Assembly (NCBI GenBank): GCA_964427455.1
Contig: CAYRUY010000001.1
Coordinates: 22,090 to 86,089, forward strand
Source: an uncultured Candidatus Bathyarchaeia archaeon
Lineage (GTDB): Archaea; Thermoproteota; CALKCG01; B24; JAWCPE01
Direction: 5' to 3'
Length of the DNA stretch: 64,000 nucleotides
The number at the start of each line of letters is the position of its first letter. Positions within the stretch are counted from its first letter, which is position 1. The notes under the pieces were generated by a model. That model searched no databases. It was not told where the DNA came from and saw only the letters and a program-made list of their open reading frames with translations. Both the position numbers and the translations under genes were made by a program. This document shows, piece by piece, positions 38,513 to 48,317 of this stretch.

Positions 38513-39190
38513 TCACATGTTCTTCACAGCGCCGGCGATTAGCGCGGCAACACGGAGGGGCTCAGGCTTTCGCCAGAAGGCACAGCTCTCCGCGACGATT
38601 GTGGCCGCAGCCTCGGAGCTGAGCCCGAAGGGCTTCACACCGCCGGAGCTTGAGGCGTACAGGATCACCGGGAGGCCTGTCTTCTCCACGAGGATGGGTG
38701 CGTCAAAAGGGAGCTTGACCCCCATACAAGCCAGGGGGCTCATTATGAGCCTAATCTGACCATAATGGGGCGAATTCCTAACAGCCTGGGAGAGGTCCCT
38801 TTCCAGAACGCCTGGCTCCCTGCAAGCTCGAGCTCTGATGAAGCCGTCAAGCCAAAGGCCACCTCTGAAGACGACCCCGACGAATTCGAGAGATCCTTCG
38901 CCAGCCGGGAACCAAGCCAAGGCGAGGATGCGGATCTCCCTTTTCACCTGTCGGATTCCAGACCTCGGTGGCCTCGCCTCGACCGCTTCTCCTCGGTCGT
39001 CGATAGACAAGCCACTGCCCACTGCTACAGCGCCATGGAAACACTTATGTGACGCGGTAGGCCTCAGCTTGCTCTCGCTTGGCTTCGGGGCCTGTGCCAA
39101 TCGATGTCCGAGCAACGGCCACCGCCTCCGTATCGCCGAGGTTGACGCAACCGTGCGGCGTATGACGCGGAAGGAGAGAGTGTCATTCAC
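38513..39190 (-). CDS. DUF99 (UPF0215)-like protein, divergent; start uncertain (probably near 38990)
   Basis: 'IRILALAWFPAGEG..FVGVVFRGGLWLDGF...IRLIMSPLACMGVKLPFDAPILVEKTGLPVI' parallels DUF99 'RIIGIDDGPF...LVGVV.RG...GV...IRVIMLDGITLAGFNVVDI...TGIPVI'. The acidic DD of the N-motif is replaced by 'AW'. Confidence 0.35.
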   Translation of the reverse strand: MNDTLSFRVIRRTVASTSAIRRRWPLLGHRLAQAPKPSESKLRPTASHKCFHGAVAVGSGLSIDDRGEAVEARPPRSGIRQVKREIRILALAWFPAGEGSLEFVGVVFRGGLWLDGFIRARACREPGVLERDLSQAVRNSPHYGQIRLIMSPLACMGVKLPFDAPILVEKTGLPVILYASSSGGVKPFGLSSEAAATIVAESCAFWRKPEPLRVAALIAGAVKNM

Positions 39191-39441
39191 TATGAACTCA
39201 GTGATATCAAGGAAGACGGCATGTATCGAGAGCGATGGCTTGTCACACCAGATCGAGAGGTGTTCGCGCTAGGAAAGGGGGCACCAGGCTCAACCGCCTC
39301 GCCCTAGAGCAGATCCTGTTGGCAGATGTCCATGACTGCAAGTTCATCTAACGCATAGCCATCCCACGGCAAAACGAGACAGCCTGGCGCAGACCTGCAA
39401 ACCTCAAGATGGCATCTGTGACCCTTATCTCTGCAGGATCG

Positions 39442-41019
39442 TCAAGGTTCCTGAGCGGACGTAGAAAGCTCGGTTAACCTCTCAATCTCGAGGTTCAAAG
39501 CCTTTAGGATCTCATCCCTTAGAGCAAGGCCGCTCAGCCCTCTCTGCGAGATGGTGCCGAGACTCTCTGCAAGTTCGTCGTCATGGAGAACATCACGTAC
39601 CCATCTTTCGAAGTCTCCTCTTCGCGCATGAAACTCAATTGAGCTGAGTGGAACGAAGCTGACCTCCGACGAGAGCTCAGAAAGGCTCGCAGCGCGGAAC
39701 CCAGTTGGCCTCGCGAAACCTTCGAAGAACTTAAAGGCTTTCTCATCTGGAACGGCTTGAAGCTTTCTTGCGCCCAACCTCGCAGGCGTTGCCAGCACTT
39801 CTGCGACACGATGTTCAAAGTCGGCTAGAACGCTCGAATACGTGGTGTAGGCTTCGAGAGCGCTGCCAAAGGGGCTGAAGTAGCTGTGAACATCTCCGGC
39901 TCCTCCACCTTTCGTGGACATGTGGTGGAAGTGGTCGCTGACCTGAAGGGAACGCCAGAGAGCGAGAAGCTCCGGGTTTCTGGCTTCGAGAACGAACGGC
40001 TCAAGGGCCTTGATCCTCTCATACGCGTTCCTCTGCAGGCTGTTTCCTAGCCAAGCCGAGGTATCCCTCTCAAGGTCAGCCCAAGAGAACGTGTTGTAGT
40101 CTCCCACGTCAACCTCGCCTACGGGCGGGTGACCCGGCGCCAGCCTGTTTGGGACTGAAAAGGCAAGGCTAGGGTGCTTGAGGACCTCTCCAGGGAGCGC
40201 GCGCAAGAACTCGTGGATACCTGACTCGGGCCACTGGTGTTCACCGAAGGTTTCGTAGTCCAAGTATATGTTTACGCAGTCACCGCCCGTTGCCGAAAGC
40301 CAAGCAGCATACTTGTCTGCAAACAACGGCCATGCTTCCCAAGACCGAGAGGTGAACCTGAATCCGATGTCGTCTGAGAGTTGATAGTTTCTCGGAAGGA
40401 GTCTCAGGTCTATCCCCTTCGCTTTGTACACGTAGTTCGGGGATCTCCACCCTAGTGCTCTCTCAGCTCCCTCAATCAGCATCGTCTCGAAGCCGAGGTC
40501 TCGAACCGTGGCAGCTACTGAGTTGTTGTACAGGAGCTCCGTGTTCTCGAAGGCCCTCGGCTCACACTTGAAGACGCTTCGGATAAGCTCCCTATGCATC
40601 TTGACCTGTTCAACGAACTCGCCTCTTGCGGCTGAGAAGAGACTTGCCAAGGAGTGGTAGTACGTCTGGCTGAGGAACTCCACGCACCCCGTCTCAGCCA
40701 GCCTTCGGAAGCTCTCTAAGACATCCGGGCGATATCTCTCACACTGCTCAATGAAGACTCCGGATAGGCTGTACGCGACCTCGACTCTCCTCCTATCCTG
40801 CTTATGCTCGTCTATTGCTTCGAGGAGCACATCATTCGCGCGCAGGTAGCATCTGTCAGCCGCCCTTTCCAGAACCTCTCGGTTCAACTCGTGGTCAAAG
40901 TACTTCTCCAGCCTTAGACGATCTGTCAGCCTCCCCAGCTCGAAGAGGTCTCTCAAGAAGTTCCTGTTTAGACGAAATGGCTGGTGTACCATGAAAACGA
41001 AGCAGATCTCGGTCAGCAC
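39442..41019 (-). CDS. Glycoside hydrolase family 57-like protein (alpha-glucan branching/amylase family)
   Basis: 525 aa. 'VFMVHQPFRL' N-terminus and overall GH57-like organisation, in a glycogen-gene context. Family call is moderate. Confidence 0.55.
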   Translation of the reverse strand: MLTEICFVFMVHQPFRLNRNFLRDLFELGRLTDRLRLEKYFDHELNREVLERAADRCYLRANDVLLEAIDEHKQDRRRVEVAYSLSGVFIEQCERYRPDVLESFRRLAETGCVEFLSQTYYHSLASLFSAARGEFVEQVKMHRELIRSVFKCEPRAFENTELLYNNSVAATVRDLGFETMLIEGAERALGWRSPNYVYKAKGIDLRLLPRNYQLSDDIGFRFTSRSWEAWPLFADKYAAWLSATGGDCVNIYLDYETFGEHQWPESGIHEFLRALPGEVLKHPSLAFSVPNRLAPGHPPVGEVDVGDYNTFSWADLERDTSAWLGNSLQRNAYERIKALEPFVLEARNPELLALWRSLQVSDHFHHMSTKGGGAGDVHSYFSPFGSALEAYTTYSSVLADFEHRVAEVLATPARLGARKLQAVPDEKAFKFFEGFARPTGFRAASLSELSSEVSFVPLSSIEFHARRGDFERWVRDVLHDDELAESLGTISQRGLSGLALRDEILKALNLEIERLTELSTSAQEP

Positions 41020-41140
41020 GCTTGGCCCCCCTCCGTCTATGGCATGCTCTTCGACTATGGAGATCGTTCGCTACTTCTGAGGGCTGAGGAGTCGCTTTTC
41101 CTTAATAAGACCTTGCCCGTAGTCTTTTGCTAAGGCTGGG

Positions 41141-43657
41141 GTGAGCATGCTAGCAGTTGTGATGGCAGGTGGCAAAGGTGAGAGGCTGAGGCCTTTGACG
41201 GGGACAAGGCCGAAGCCCATGCTGCCCGTTGCCAACAAGCCGATCCTTCAGCACATCCTAGAGCTCCTCCAGGCAAACGGAATCAACGAGTCGTTGGTCA
41301 CGCTTCACTATCTTCCCGGCATCGTGCAGGGCTACTTCCTGAACGGTTCGAAGCTAGGCCTTTCCATCGACTATTCCACCGAGGAACAGCCGATGGGCAC
41401 AGCGGGAGGCGTGAAGAGGCTTGAGGATCATCTCTCGGAGCGCTTCATGGTCCTAAGCGGCGACGTTCTGACCGACATCAACCTCTCTGAAGTCGTTGCT
41501 TTCCACAGGAAGACTGGCGCATTGGCAACGATCACCTTGACAAGAGTCCAGAACCCGACCGAGTTCGGGGTGGTTCTGACCGACGCTGATGGGAAGGTGG
41601 TGAGATTCCTTGAGAAACCGGGTTGGGGCGAGGTTTTCAGCGACACGGTAAACGCTGGCATCTACGTCTTGGAGCCTGAGGCTCTTTCATATGTGCCGAC
41701 CAGTCAACCGTTTGACTTCAGCAAGGACCTCTTCCCAGCGCTTCTCGCGCGCGGAGAGTCCGTCTACGCCCTCGCCCCAGGAGGGTACTGGTGTGACATC
41801 GGCAGCTTCCAGCAGTATGTTCAGGCGAACCAGGATGCGCTCAACGGCGTCGTGAAGCTAAGCATTCTAGGTAGGCAGGTCGCGCCAAAGGTCTGGGTAG
41901 GAGAGGGAACCGAGCTTCACCGCTCAGCGGAGGTCAAGGGGCCTTCGGTCATAGGCAGCGGGTGCAGGATCATGGAAGACGTGAGGATCGGCGAGCTCTC
42001 TGTGATAGGAGCCAACGTGCGCCTCGAAAGGGGCGTCTCCGTGGAGCGCTCCATCATATGGGACAACGCTGTCATCGGGCTCTCCTCCGAGCTCATGGGC
42101 TGCGTCATCTGCGAACGCTGCAGCGCGAAGGGCCAGGTAAGAGTTCTTGAAGGCGCGGCAATGGGCGACGACTGCCAGCTAGGGCAGGGAAGCACGGTTC
42201 AAGCTGGCATAAAGGTCTGGCCTGGAAAAGTGATAGAGGCAGGGGCTACGCTCAACATGGACCTTAGATGGGGTATCCGATGGATGAGGAATCTCTTTGG
42301 CACCCATGGGATCACCGGGCTTGCAAACGTCGAGATCACCCCTGAGTTCGCCTCGAAGCTCGGCGCCGCCTTCGGCTCATGCCTAAAGACTGGGTCAAAG
42401 GTTCTCGTGGGAAGGGATACGCACAGGGTCTCAAGGATGATTAAGAGAGCTCTGATTGCGGGTCTGACCTCGGCCGGTGTTGAGGTCGTCAATCTCAGAA
42501 TGGCCCCTGCCCCCATCGTCAGATACCTTATCGGAGGCCTGGACCTAGACGGTGGGCTTTCAGTCAAGGTCCCTCAGATTGACCAGAGGTCTGTGAATAT
42601 CGAGTTCTTCGACCAGAGAGGAATGGACATCGCGCCCTCAGTCGAGAAAGAGGTGGAGCGCCGATTCTTCCGAGAAGACCTCAGAAGGGTCTACATGGAC
42701 GAGGTCGGCGACATTACTTATCCGTCACGTGCCCTAGAGCTCTACCGCGAAGGCTTCATGAGACACGTCGACAGGGGAGCCATACAGTCGCGGGGGCTGA
42801 AAGTCGTTCTCGACTGCGCCAACGGCGCGGGTTCCCTCGCCGCGCCCACTCTGCTGGCTGAGGCAGGGTGTGAAGTGGTCACTTTGAACGCCAGGATAGA
42901 TGAACTCGTGGGGCCACGGGACTTCGAGGAGATGCCTCGTTCGCTTGCCGCCCTCGCCAATATCGTGAAAGCGTTGGACGCGGACCTGGGCATAGCCCTA
43001 GATGGAGACGCAGACAGGGCCATCTTTGTCGACGAGCGCGGCGGGGTGGTCTCCGGCGACCTTGCATTGGCCCTCATGGCGATGACGGCCGTCAAGAACA
43101 GAGAGGGCGGGAAGGTCGTTCTCCCGGTAAGCGCCTCCTCGGCCGTAGAGAAGGTTGTCGGCGCGCTCGGAGGCTCAGTCCTCAGGGCAAGAGTAGGGGC
43201 CCACTCACTTCAGAGCACCGTCCTACGCGAGCAGGCAGTGTTCGGTGGTGAAGAGACAGGAAGCTTCATCTTCCCTGAGTTCCAACCCGGCTTCGACGGG
43301 CTGTTCGGCTCCGTGAAGGCGGCGGAGATGCTCGCTAGAGCAGACAGGCCGATGTCAAGTATCGTGGGTGAAATCCCTAGCTTCTACCTTGTCAGAAAGG
43401 AGGTTACGTGCCCGTGGCATCATCAAGGAAAGGTCTTCAGGAGCATCGTTGAAGATATGAGAGAGTCTCAGGTGGACACGTTGGACGGCGTGAAGCTCAT
43501 TGAGGACGACAGCTGGGTTCTGTTCTTGCCCAACGCGGAGAAGCCGGTCGTCAACCTCTTCGCAGAAGCCCCCTCCCTGGAGCAAGCACAGAAACTTGTC
43601 GCTCAGTATGAGACGAAGATACAGGCCTTGATCTCTTCCGAATTCATAGCCGCCTGA
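41141..43657 (+). CDS. Bifunctional sugar-1-phosphate nucleotidyltransferase (left-handed beta-helix) / phosphoglucomutase-phosphomannomutase
   Basis: N-terminus 'AVVMAGGKGERLRPLT' NTP-transferase followed by hexapeptide repeats. C-terminal half is the PGM/PMM alpha-D-phosphohexomutase fold. Confidence 0.85.
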   Translation: MSMLAVVMAGGKGERLRPLTGTRPKPMLPVANKPILQHILELLQANGINESLVTLHYLPGIVQGYFLNGSKLGLSIDYSTEEQPMGTAGGVKRLEDHLSERFMVLSGDVLTDINLSEVVAFHRKTGALATITLTRVQNPTEFGVVLTDADGKVVRFLEKPGWGEVFSDTVNAGIYVLEPEALSYVPTSQPFDFSKDLFPALLARGESVYALAPGGYWCDIGSFQQYVQANQDALNGVVKLSILGRQVAPKVWVGEGTELHRSAEVKGPSVIGSGCRIMEDVRIGELSVIGANVRLERGVSVERSIIWDNAVIGLSSELMGCVICERCSAKGQVRVLEGAAMGDDCQLGQGSTVQAGIKVWPGKVIEAGATLNMDLRWGIRWMRNLFGTHGITGLANVEITPEFASKLGAAFGSCLKTGSKVLVGRDTHRVSRMIKRALIAGLTSAGVEVVNLRMAPAPIVRYLIGGLDLDGGLSVKVPQIDQRSVNIEFFDQRGMDIAPSVEKEVERRFFREDLRRVYMDEVGDITYPSRALELYREGFMRHVDRGAIQSRGLKVVLDCANGAGSLAAPTLLAEAGCEVVTLNARIDELVGPRDFEEMPRSLAALANIVKALDADLGIALDGDADRAIFVDERGGVVSGDLALALMAMTAVKNREGGKVVLPVSASSAVEKVVGALGGSVLRARVGAHSLQSTVLREQAVFGGEETGSFIFPEFQPGFDGLFGSVKAAEMLARADRPMSSIVGEIPSFYLVRKEVTCPWHHQGKVFRSIVEDMRESQVDTLDGVKLIEDDSWVLFLPNAEKPVVNLFAEAPSLEQAQKLVAQYETKIQALISSEFIAA

Positions 43658-43692
43658 GCCGAGAGAGATCCGCTTGACGAGGAGGGCGCCGC

Positions 43693-44856
43693 TTGAACGT
43701 CTGCATGCTTTCATGGGAGTTCCCTCCTAGGATTGTGGGAGGCATCGCGTCGCACTGTCTCGGCCTCTCTAGAAGCCTCGTAAGTCAAGGCTGCGAGGTT
43801 CACGTCGTCACGCTGGACTTCCCAGGCGCCCCCGCCGAGGAGAACGTTGATGGGGTCAAGGTTCACAGGGTCTCGGTTGAGACAGGCCACCCGAACTTCT
43901 TGGTTTGGACTCTTCTCTTTAACCACTTCTTGGAGAAGAGGGTTGCGGATGTGAATGCCTTCTCGCGATTCGAGATTATCCATTCTCATGACTGGCTCAC
44001 CGTTCACGCGGGGATTGCGGCAAAGCACTTCCTCGCGAAGCCTCTCGTCGCCACATTCCACAGCACTGAACGCGGTCGAACTCAAGGACTCTCAGATCCC
44101 GATGCGTTCACCATCAGCGGACTTGAATGGTGGGGGATCTACGAGGCGAAGAGACTGATTGCGGTCAGTCACTCGATGGCAGACCAGGTCTGTGGCGAGT
44201 ACAGGGTGCCGCGAGACAAGGTCAGGGTCATTCCTAACGGCGTCGACCCCGCCCAGTATGAGATACACGTCGACAAGGCCAGAGTACGCGGGAGGTTCGG
44301 CCTGTCGGAACATGATAGACTGGTCTTGTTCGTCGGGAGATTGGTCCCTGCCAAAGGAGTGGAGTACTTAATCAGCGCTGTGCCCGCGATCTCAAGACGA
44401 TACCCCAATGCCAGGTTCATCTTGGTCGGTGATGGTTGGCAGAGGAAGCAGCTTGAGGATCGGGCTCGCTCCACAGGAGAGAGCTGGCGGATCATCTTCG
44501 CGGGCTTTATTCCTACAAGGGATGTCATTGAGCTGCTGCACGCTGCGGATGTCCTCGCGGTCCCTTCTGTCTACGAGCCCTTCGGCATCGTGGCCGTTGA
44601 AGGAATGGCCTGTGGCGTCCCGGTAGTCGCAAGCAACGTCGACGGTCTATCTGAGGTCGTTCAGCACATGAAGACGGGTCTCCACATCTATCCGCGGAGC
44701 CCTGAGTCCATAGAATGGGCCGTGGACCAGGTATTCTCGAATCAGAACTTGGCGAGAGAGATGGCTTATAACGCCAAGCAGAGCGTTCTGGCGAAGTACA
44801 ACTGGGACTCGGTGGCGAAAGAAACCTTGTGGGTGTACAAGGAGGCTACTGGATGA
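43693..44856 (+). CDS. Glycogen synthase-type glycosyltransferase (GT4/GT5 family)
   Basis: 387 aa. 'MLSWEFPPRIVGGIASH' N-terminus and C-terminal 'E..G..EA' GT-B motifs. Confidence 0.8.
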   Translation: MNVCMLSWEFPPRIVGGIASHCLGLSRSLVSQGCEVHVVTLDFPGAPAEENVDGVKVHRVSVETGHPNFLVWTLLFNHFLEKRVADVNAFSRFEIIHSHDWLTVHAGIAAKHFLAKPLVATFHSTERGRTQGLSDPDAFTISGLEWWGIYEAKRLIAVSHSMADQVCGEYRVPRDKVRVIPNGVDPAQYEIHVDKARVRGRFGLSEHDRLVLFVGRLVPAKGVEYLISAVPAISRRYPNARFILVGDGWQRKQLEDRARSTGESWRIIFAGFIPTRDVIELLHAADVLAVPSVYEPFGIVAVEGMACGVPVVASNVDGLSEVVQHMKTGLHIYPRSPESIEWAVDQVFSNQNLAREMAYNAKQSVLAKYNWDSVAKETLWVYKEATG

Positions 44857-45122
44857 CCGCGACCGGAATACCTAGCAGGGTGCCTGCGGACGATGCGATT
44901 GTTCTTCTCTGCGCCATGCAGAACCTTGGCATCACCAGGAGAGACCTGGCCTCTTCGATCGAGAGCCTCTCCTCAAGGGCTGGCCTCAGCCTCGACAGGG
45001 TACGGTCTGCCCTAGCCTCGCTACTCGCCGACGGGTTTGTCGAAGAGGTGAGAGGCGACGGGTCGAGGGATTACTATGTGACTGCCAGGGGCATCCTCAC
45101 CGCTGTCTCGATCTTCTCGTAG
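44850..45122 (+). CDS. Small winged-helix-like hypothetical protein
   Basis: ~90 aa (MTATGIPS... internal start). Overlaps the glycogen synthase 3' end; wHTH-like pattern. Low confidence. Confidence 0.3.
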   Translation, partial: WMTATGIPSRVPADDAIVLLCAMQNLGITRRDLASSIESLSSRAGLSLDRVRSALASLLADGFVEEVRGDGSRDYYVTARGILTAVSIFS

Positions 45123-45229
45123 CACACGACCTCGCTCAGGGGTTTGAACTGTGCACGACCATAGCCGCTTGATCTCTGAATCGATCTCTACAGGGTCTTT
45201 GTGACATCTACGCTAGTCGAGGCGATTCC

Positions 45230-45679
45230 ATGGCCCAGCCGGTAGCCCCCACCGTTCGATTCGAGTTCCTCGAGCATAAAGCGGACGCGTACATCGCCGC
45301 TTACGGGACCTCCCTAGAGCAGTGCTTCGAGAACGCCGGGCTAGCGCTCTTTGAGACGATGACCGATACAGGCAAAGTGGCAAAGACCGTAGAAGAGGAG
45401 GTCCAGGTCTCTGGTCGAGATGAGGTTGGCCTGCTGTACTCTTGGCTCGAACGCCTGTTGGTGATGTTTGAGACCGGCGGCAACCTCTACTCGTGCTTCA
45501 AGGTATTGGAGATTCAGCGAACAGAAGACGGTTACTGTCTTCGAGCCAGGGTATGGGGGGAGCCCTTCAACCCAGCCGTGCACGTCCAGAAGACTGAGGT
45601 GAAGGCAGTCACTTACCACCAGATGGAGATCGTCGAGGAGAATGGGATGGTGGTCGCGCGTTTCATCCTTGACCTCTGA
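45230..45679 (+). CDS. Archease (RtcB tRNA-ligase cofactor family)
   Basis: 149 aa. 'FEFLEHKADAYIAAYGTSLEQCFENAGLALF' is the archease signature. Confidence 0.8.
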   Translation: MAQPVAPTVRFEFLEHKADAYIAAYGTSLEQCFENAGLALFETMTDTGKVAKTVEEEVQVSGRDEVGLLYSWLERLLVMFETGGNLYSCFKVLEIQRTEDGYCLRARVWGEPFNPAVHVQKTEVKAVTYHQMEIVEENGMVVARFILDL

Positions 45680-45766
45680 CCGCGGTTGGCTGGACCCGGG
45701 TTCTCCCCGTTGGATCTCCGGCGGGATGGCGGCTCGACTCTAAACGCGTTGACGTTGCGTAGTCCG

Positions 45767-46816
45767 TTATCGTGGTAGCCTCTTAGGCACGTCTGGCAGA
45801 CCGAACCTTTTGTGAGGCTCAACTTGGTACCAGTAGGCTATGCTTGAGTAGTCGTTGCTTTGGTCGTTGGCATGCCCATGCTCGATCGAGACGCGAATCG
45901 ACTTCTTGAAATGGACCGGGTCCTCGATGTGGAAGCGATATACGCTCCATTTCCCAGACCACTCATGTACGTCGCCTGCCAGCGAGACGCCTGTGTACGG
46001 TCCTGAGTACTCGCCGCACGGGAAGCCCCAAGCTGCGCCGAAGTAGTCTTCGGTTCCAGTACCGTGGAGGGAAGGAGGCCACCGTTCGCCATCGATGAAG
46101 ATCATGTCGTCGCCTTCGCCGAACCACGTGTAATTCTGATGGAAGGCGTTCACGTTGTCGACGTTGAGGACGCAGCCTACATAGTGTCCCCTTCCCTCCG
46201 CCTCGAGAATGACGTAATTCTCGTCGCCCGTCAGGTTGACCTCGTTTGTCGGGTCGGGGAACTCAACCCTCTGGCATGGGTTCTCTCGGTTCCATTGTGC
46301 GTGGAACCTAGCCTGATCCTGAGGGAGGCTCATCAGCTCCTCGTAGTCGACCTGGTAGTAGAATGACCTAACCGGGGCTTGGCACTGGTTCTCAACCTCA
46401 ATCTGGGCTGAGGTGGCGTAAGGCATGGGCCAGTAGCAGTTCATGCCTGCGTTCTGGCCTCTTCCCGCAGCCTTCACCATGGTTAAGGGGAGCGATATGA
46501 AGTGGTTCGCTAAAGCGTGACCTACTCCGAAGAAGTCGCCGACGGGCACGTTCACGCTTGGCTCAGTCTCGTTGTCCCAGAACACCCTGAGGGCGAGTTT
46601 GCGGAGATATTGTCGGTCCTCGCAGCTTATCGTGAACCAGATGTGGCGTATGCAACCGGCTCCCTCAATGTCGGCCAACACCGCGGTCTTGCCAGGCTCG
46701 ATCACTATGAAGTCCCTGTTCCCGCCTGTCACGTCATAGCTCGAAGCCCTCTTGCTCACGCAGTCTCTCAAGGTGGCCATGTCTGATAAGGGACCGACTC
46801 CAAGCCCATTCGACAT
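45767..46816 (-). CDS. DUF2961 (GH172-like) family protein
   Basis: 349 aa. 'IRHIWFT' and beta-jelly-roll motifs typical of DUF2961. Confidence 0.65.
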   Translation of the reverse strand: MSNGLGVGPLSDMATLRDCVSKRASSYDVTGGNRDFIVIEPGKTAVLADIEGAGCIRHIWFTISCEDRQYLRKLALRVFWDNETEPSVNVPVGDFFGVGHALANHFISLPLTMVKAAGRGQNAGMNCYWPMPYATSAQIEVENQCQAPVRSFYYQVDYEELMSLPQDQARFHAQWNRENPCQRVEFPDPTNEVNLTGDENYVILEAEGRGHYVGCVLNVDNVNAFHQNYTWFGEGDDMIFIDGERWPPSLHGTGTEDYFGAAWGFPCGEYSGPYTGVSLAGDVHEWSGKWSVYRFHIEDPVHFKKSIRVSIEHGHANDQSNDYSSIAYWYQVEPHKRFGLPDVPKRLPR

Positions 46817-47227
46817 TCGAACACCTTGGCTCCGCTATCCCTCCTCGGCGGCTATAATGTCTTCGCCTCTTTCGCCCTCAGGCCGGATGTAGGTCACAAA
46901 CGAGAGTGACATACGTGAGAGGTGACACCGAAGGTTGCCTACCATCCGCTCAGGCTCGTGGCCGCAAAGTTGCAAGTCATCTCTCTGCGACATGGTTTTG
47001 CGCTCAAGCTCGCACCGATTGGAATGCAGCTCCTCACCGTCTACGTTCCGGGCTGAGGCTTAAATAGGCCCCTTCTCTGAGAAGAGGCCGATCCCTACTG
47101 GTTGCGCCCACGTTCATCTTTCACCGATCTACAGGTTCATCTATGCAGAAAGAATTGTCGCCGAGAAGGGCATCTAAGCCTTGCAGCATCACTGGAGAAG
47201 GAGGTGTGAGATATCACCGATCATTCA

Positions 47228-47860
47228 TTGCCCTCTGATACTAAAGGCTGGATCAAGATTTCCTCGATTGGTTTCTTCGTATCCTATGCCGTAGCAGCCA
47301 GCCTAGGCCTTGCTTTCCCAAGCCAGATCAGCGCGTTCACGCAGGCCTTTATCAATCTCTTAGGAGGCGCCAAGGGTCGAGTTTGGACAGACCAGCAACT
47401 TTTCTTGTACGTGTTTACCTGGAACACGATGGTAGTTCTTATCATTCTCGGCATGGGAGTTCTCGCCCTGTCCTTCGCCTATCCAGTATCCTTCGGATTC
47501 TTCGTCGGCTTAACAGCAGGAACTTGGTGCTACCGTCGCAGAGTTCCCTTCAACCCTTGGACGCTAGCAATGGTTCCATGGGGAACACATGGATGGATAG
47601 AAGTAACCTACATAATCCTTGCCAGCGCGATCACCATGAAAATCGGATTAGGGATGTTCGGGATGAGAAATGCAAGGGACCTCTTGAAATACATGTTCTC
47701 TATACCGCGGCCTATTCCCGGCTGGAAGCAAACGACAAAACCCATGTTGAAGAGGGTCATCACCCTCTACCTGTGCCTCATAATCCCGGCAGTCGCCTTC
47801 GGCGCATGCTTTGAAGCCTACATAACTGATCTGATTTTTCGCTGGTTCTATCCCGCTTGA
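47228..47860 (+). CDS. SpoIIM/DUF95-like integral membrane protein
   Basis: 210 aa, ~5 TM helices; 'VFTWNTMVVLIILGMGVL' resembles the SpoIIM 'F.NN' region. AT-richer than its surroundings. Confidence 0.45.
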   Translation: MPSDTKGWIKISSIGFFVSYAVAASLGLAFPSQISAFTQAFINLLGGAKGRVWTDQQLFLYVFTWNTMVVLIILGMGVLALSFAYPVSFGFFVGLTAGTWCYRRRVPFNPWTLAMVPWGTHGWIEVTYIILASAITMKIGLGMFGMRNARDLLKYMFSIPRPIPGWKQTTKPMLKRVITLYLCLIIPAVAFGACFEAYITDLIFRWFYPA

Positions 47861-48317
47861 CTAGACAAGGCTTAGAGGGCAGGGGAGACGCCGAAGCTCG
47901 AAGCAAACTCCGCACCTACGCTAACCATGGGCTTCTTGGCGAACGTAACCCAAGAACCATGTCCCTCTCGAAATTAGAAAGAGTCTACCCGGAGCAACAC
48001 TCGCATTCGTATACGTTTCCGTCCTCGCGGAAACCACGTTCATAATCACACCCGTCACAACTCCCTACACAGGTCAAAACTGCTAAGGATGCGGGCGATA
48101 CCTTGGTGAACATGTACGGGCAGATTCACCCGGTTGCCGCAGCTCTTGAAGCCCAGCCTCCGCTTCAACTCCTTCGCGCGAGCGATGTTCGGGCGCGACA
48201 GGCGGCAGTTCATGCAGCTGTGAGCCAGCCTCTCTAAGGATTCGAGGTCGGGTTCGCTCACTCTCGGCCGCCCTCAGCCCTATATAAGCTGAGTCTCGAG
48301 CATGTGACGGTGTTGCC

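Noticed and set aside
39000-39190. N-terminal 60 residues of the ORF-track call for the DUF99-like gene and the Arg-rich N-termini of the V4R and 2-hydroxyacid dehydrogenase ORFs
   Set aside because: The compositions (Arg/Pro/Ser-rich, no homology) look like non-coding read-through upstream of the true start codons. Gene starts were placed or noted further downstream.
46851-46883. Degenerate similar strings on both flanks of the SpoIIM islet (CTCGGCGGC...CGCCCTCAGGCC versus CTCGGCCGCCCTCAGCCC)
   Set aside because: Order and spacing differ between the two sides; more likely coincidental GC-rich promoter-region similarity than true direct repeats.
48055-48261. 68-aa minus-strand ORF whose first ~30 residues (LESLERLAHSCMNCRLSRPN) resemble the N-terminal Cys motif of family-4 uracil-DNA glycosylases, abutting the AT-rich islet
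   Set aside because: The similarity ends after ~30 residues. No GEGNPDA/GEAPG motifs are found in any frame downstream, so a disrupted UDG gene cannot be supported; it is probably a chance match within a promoter-proximal region.
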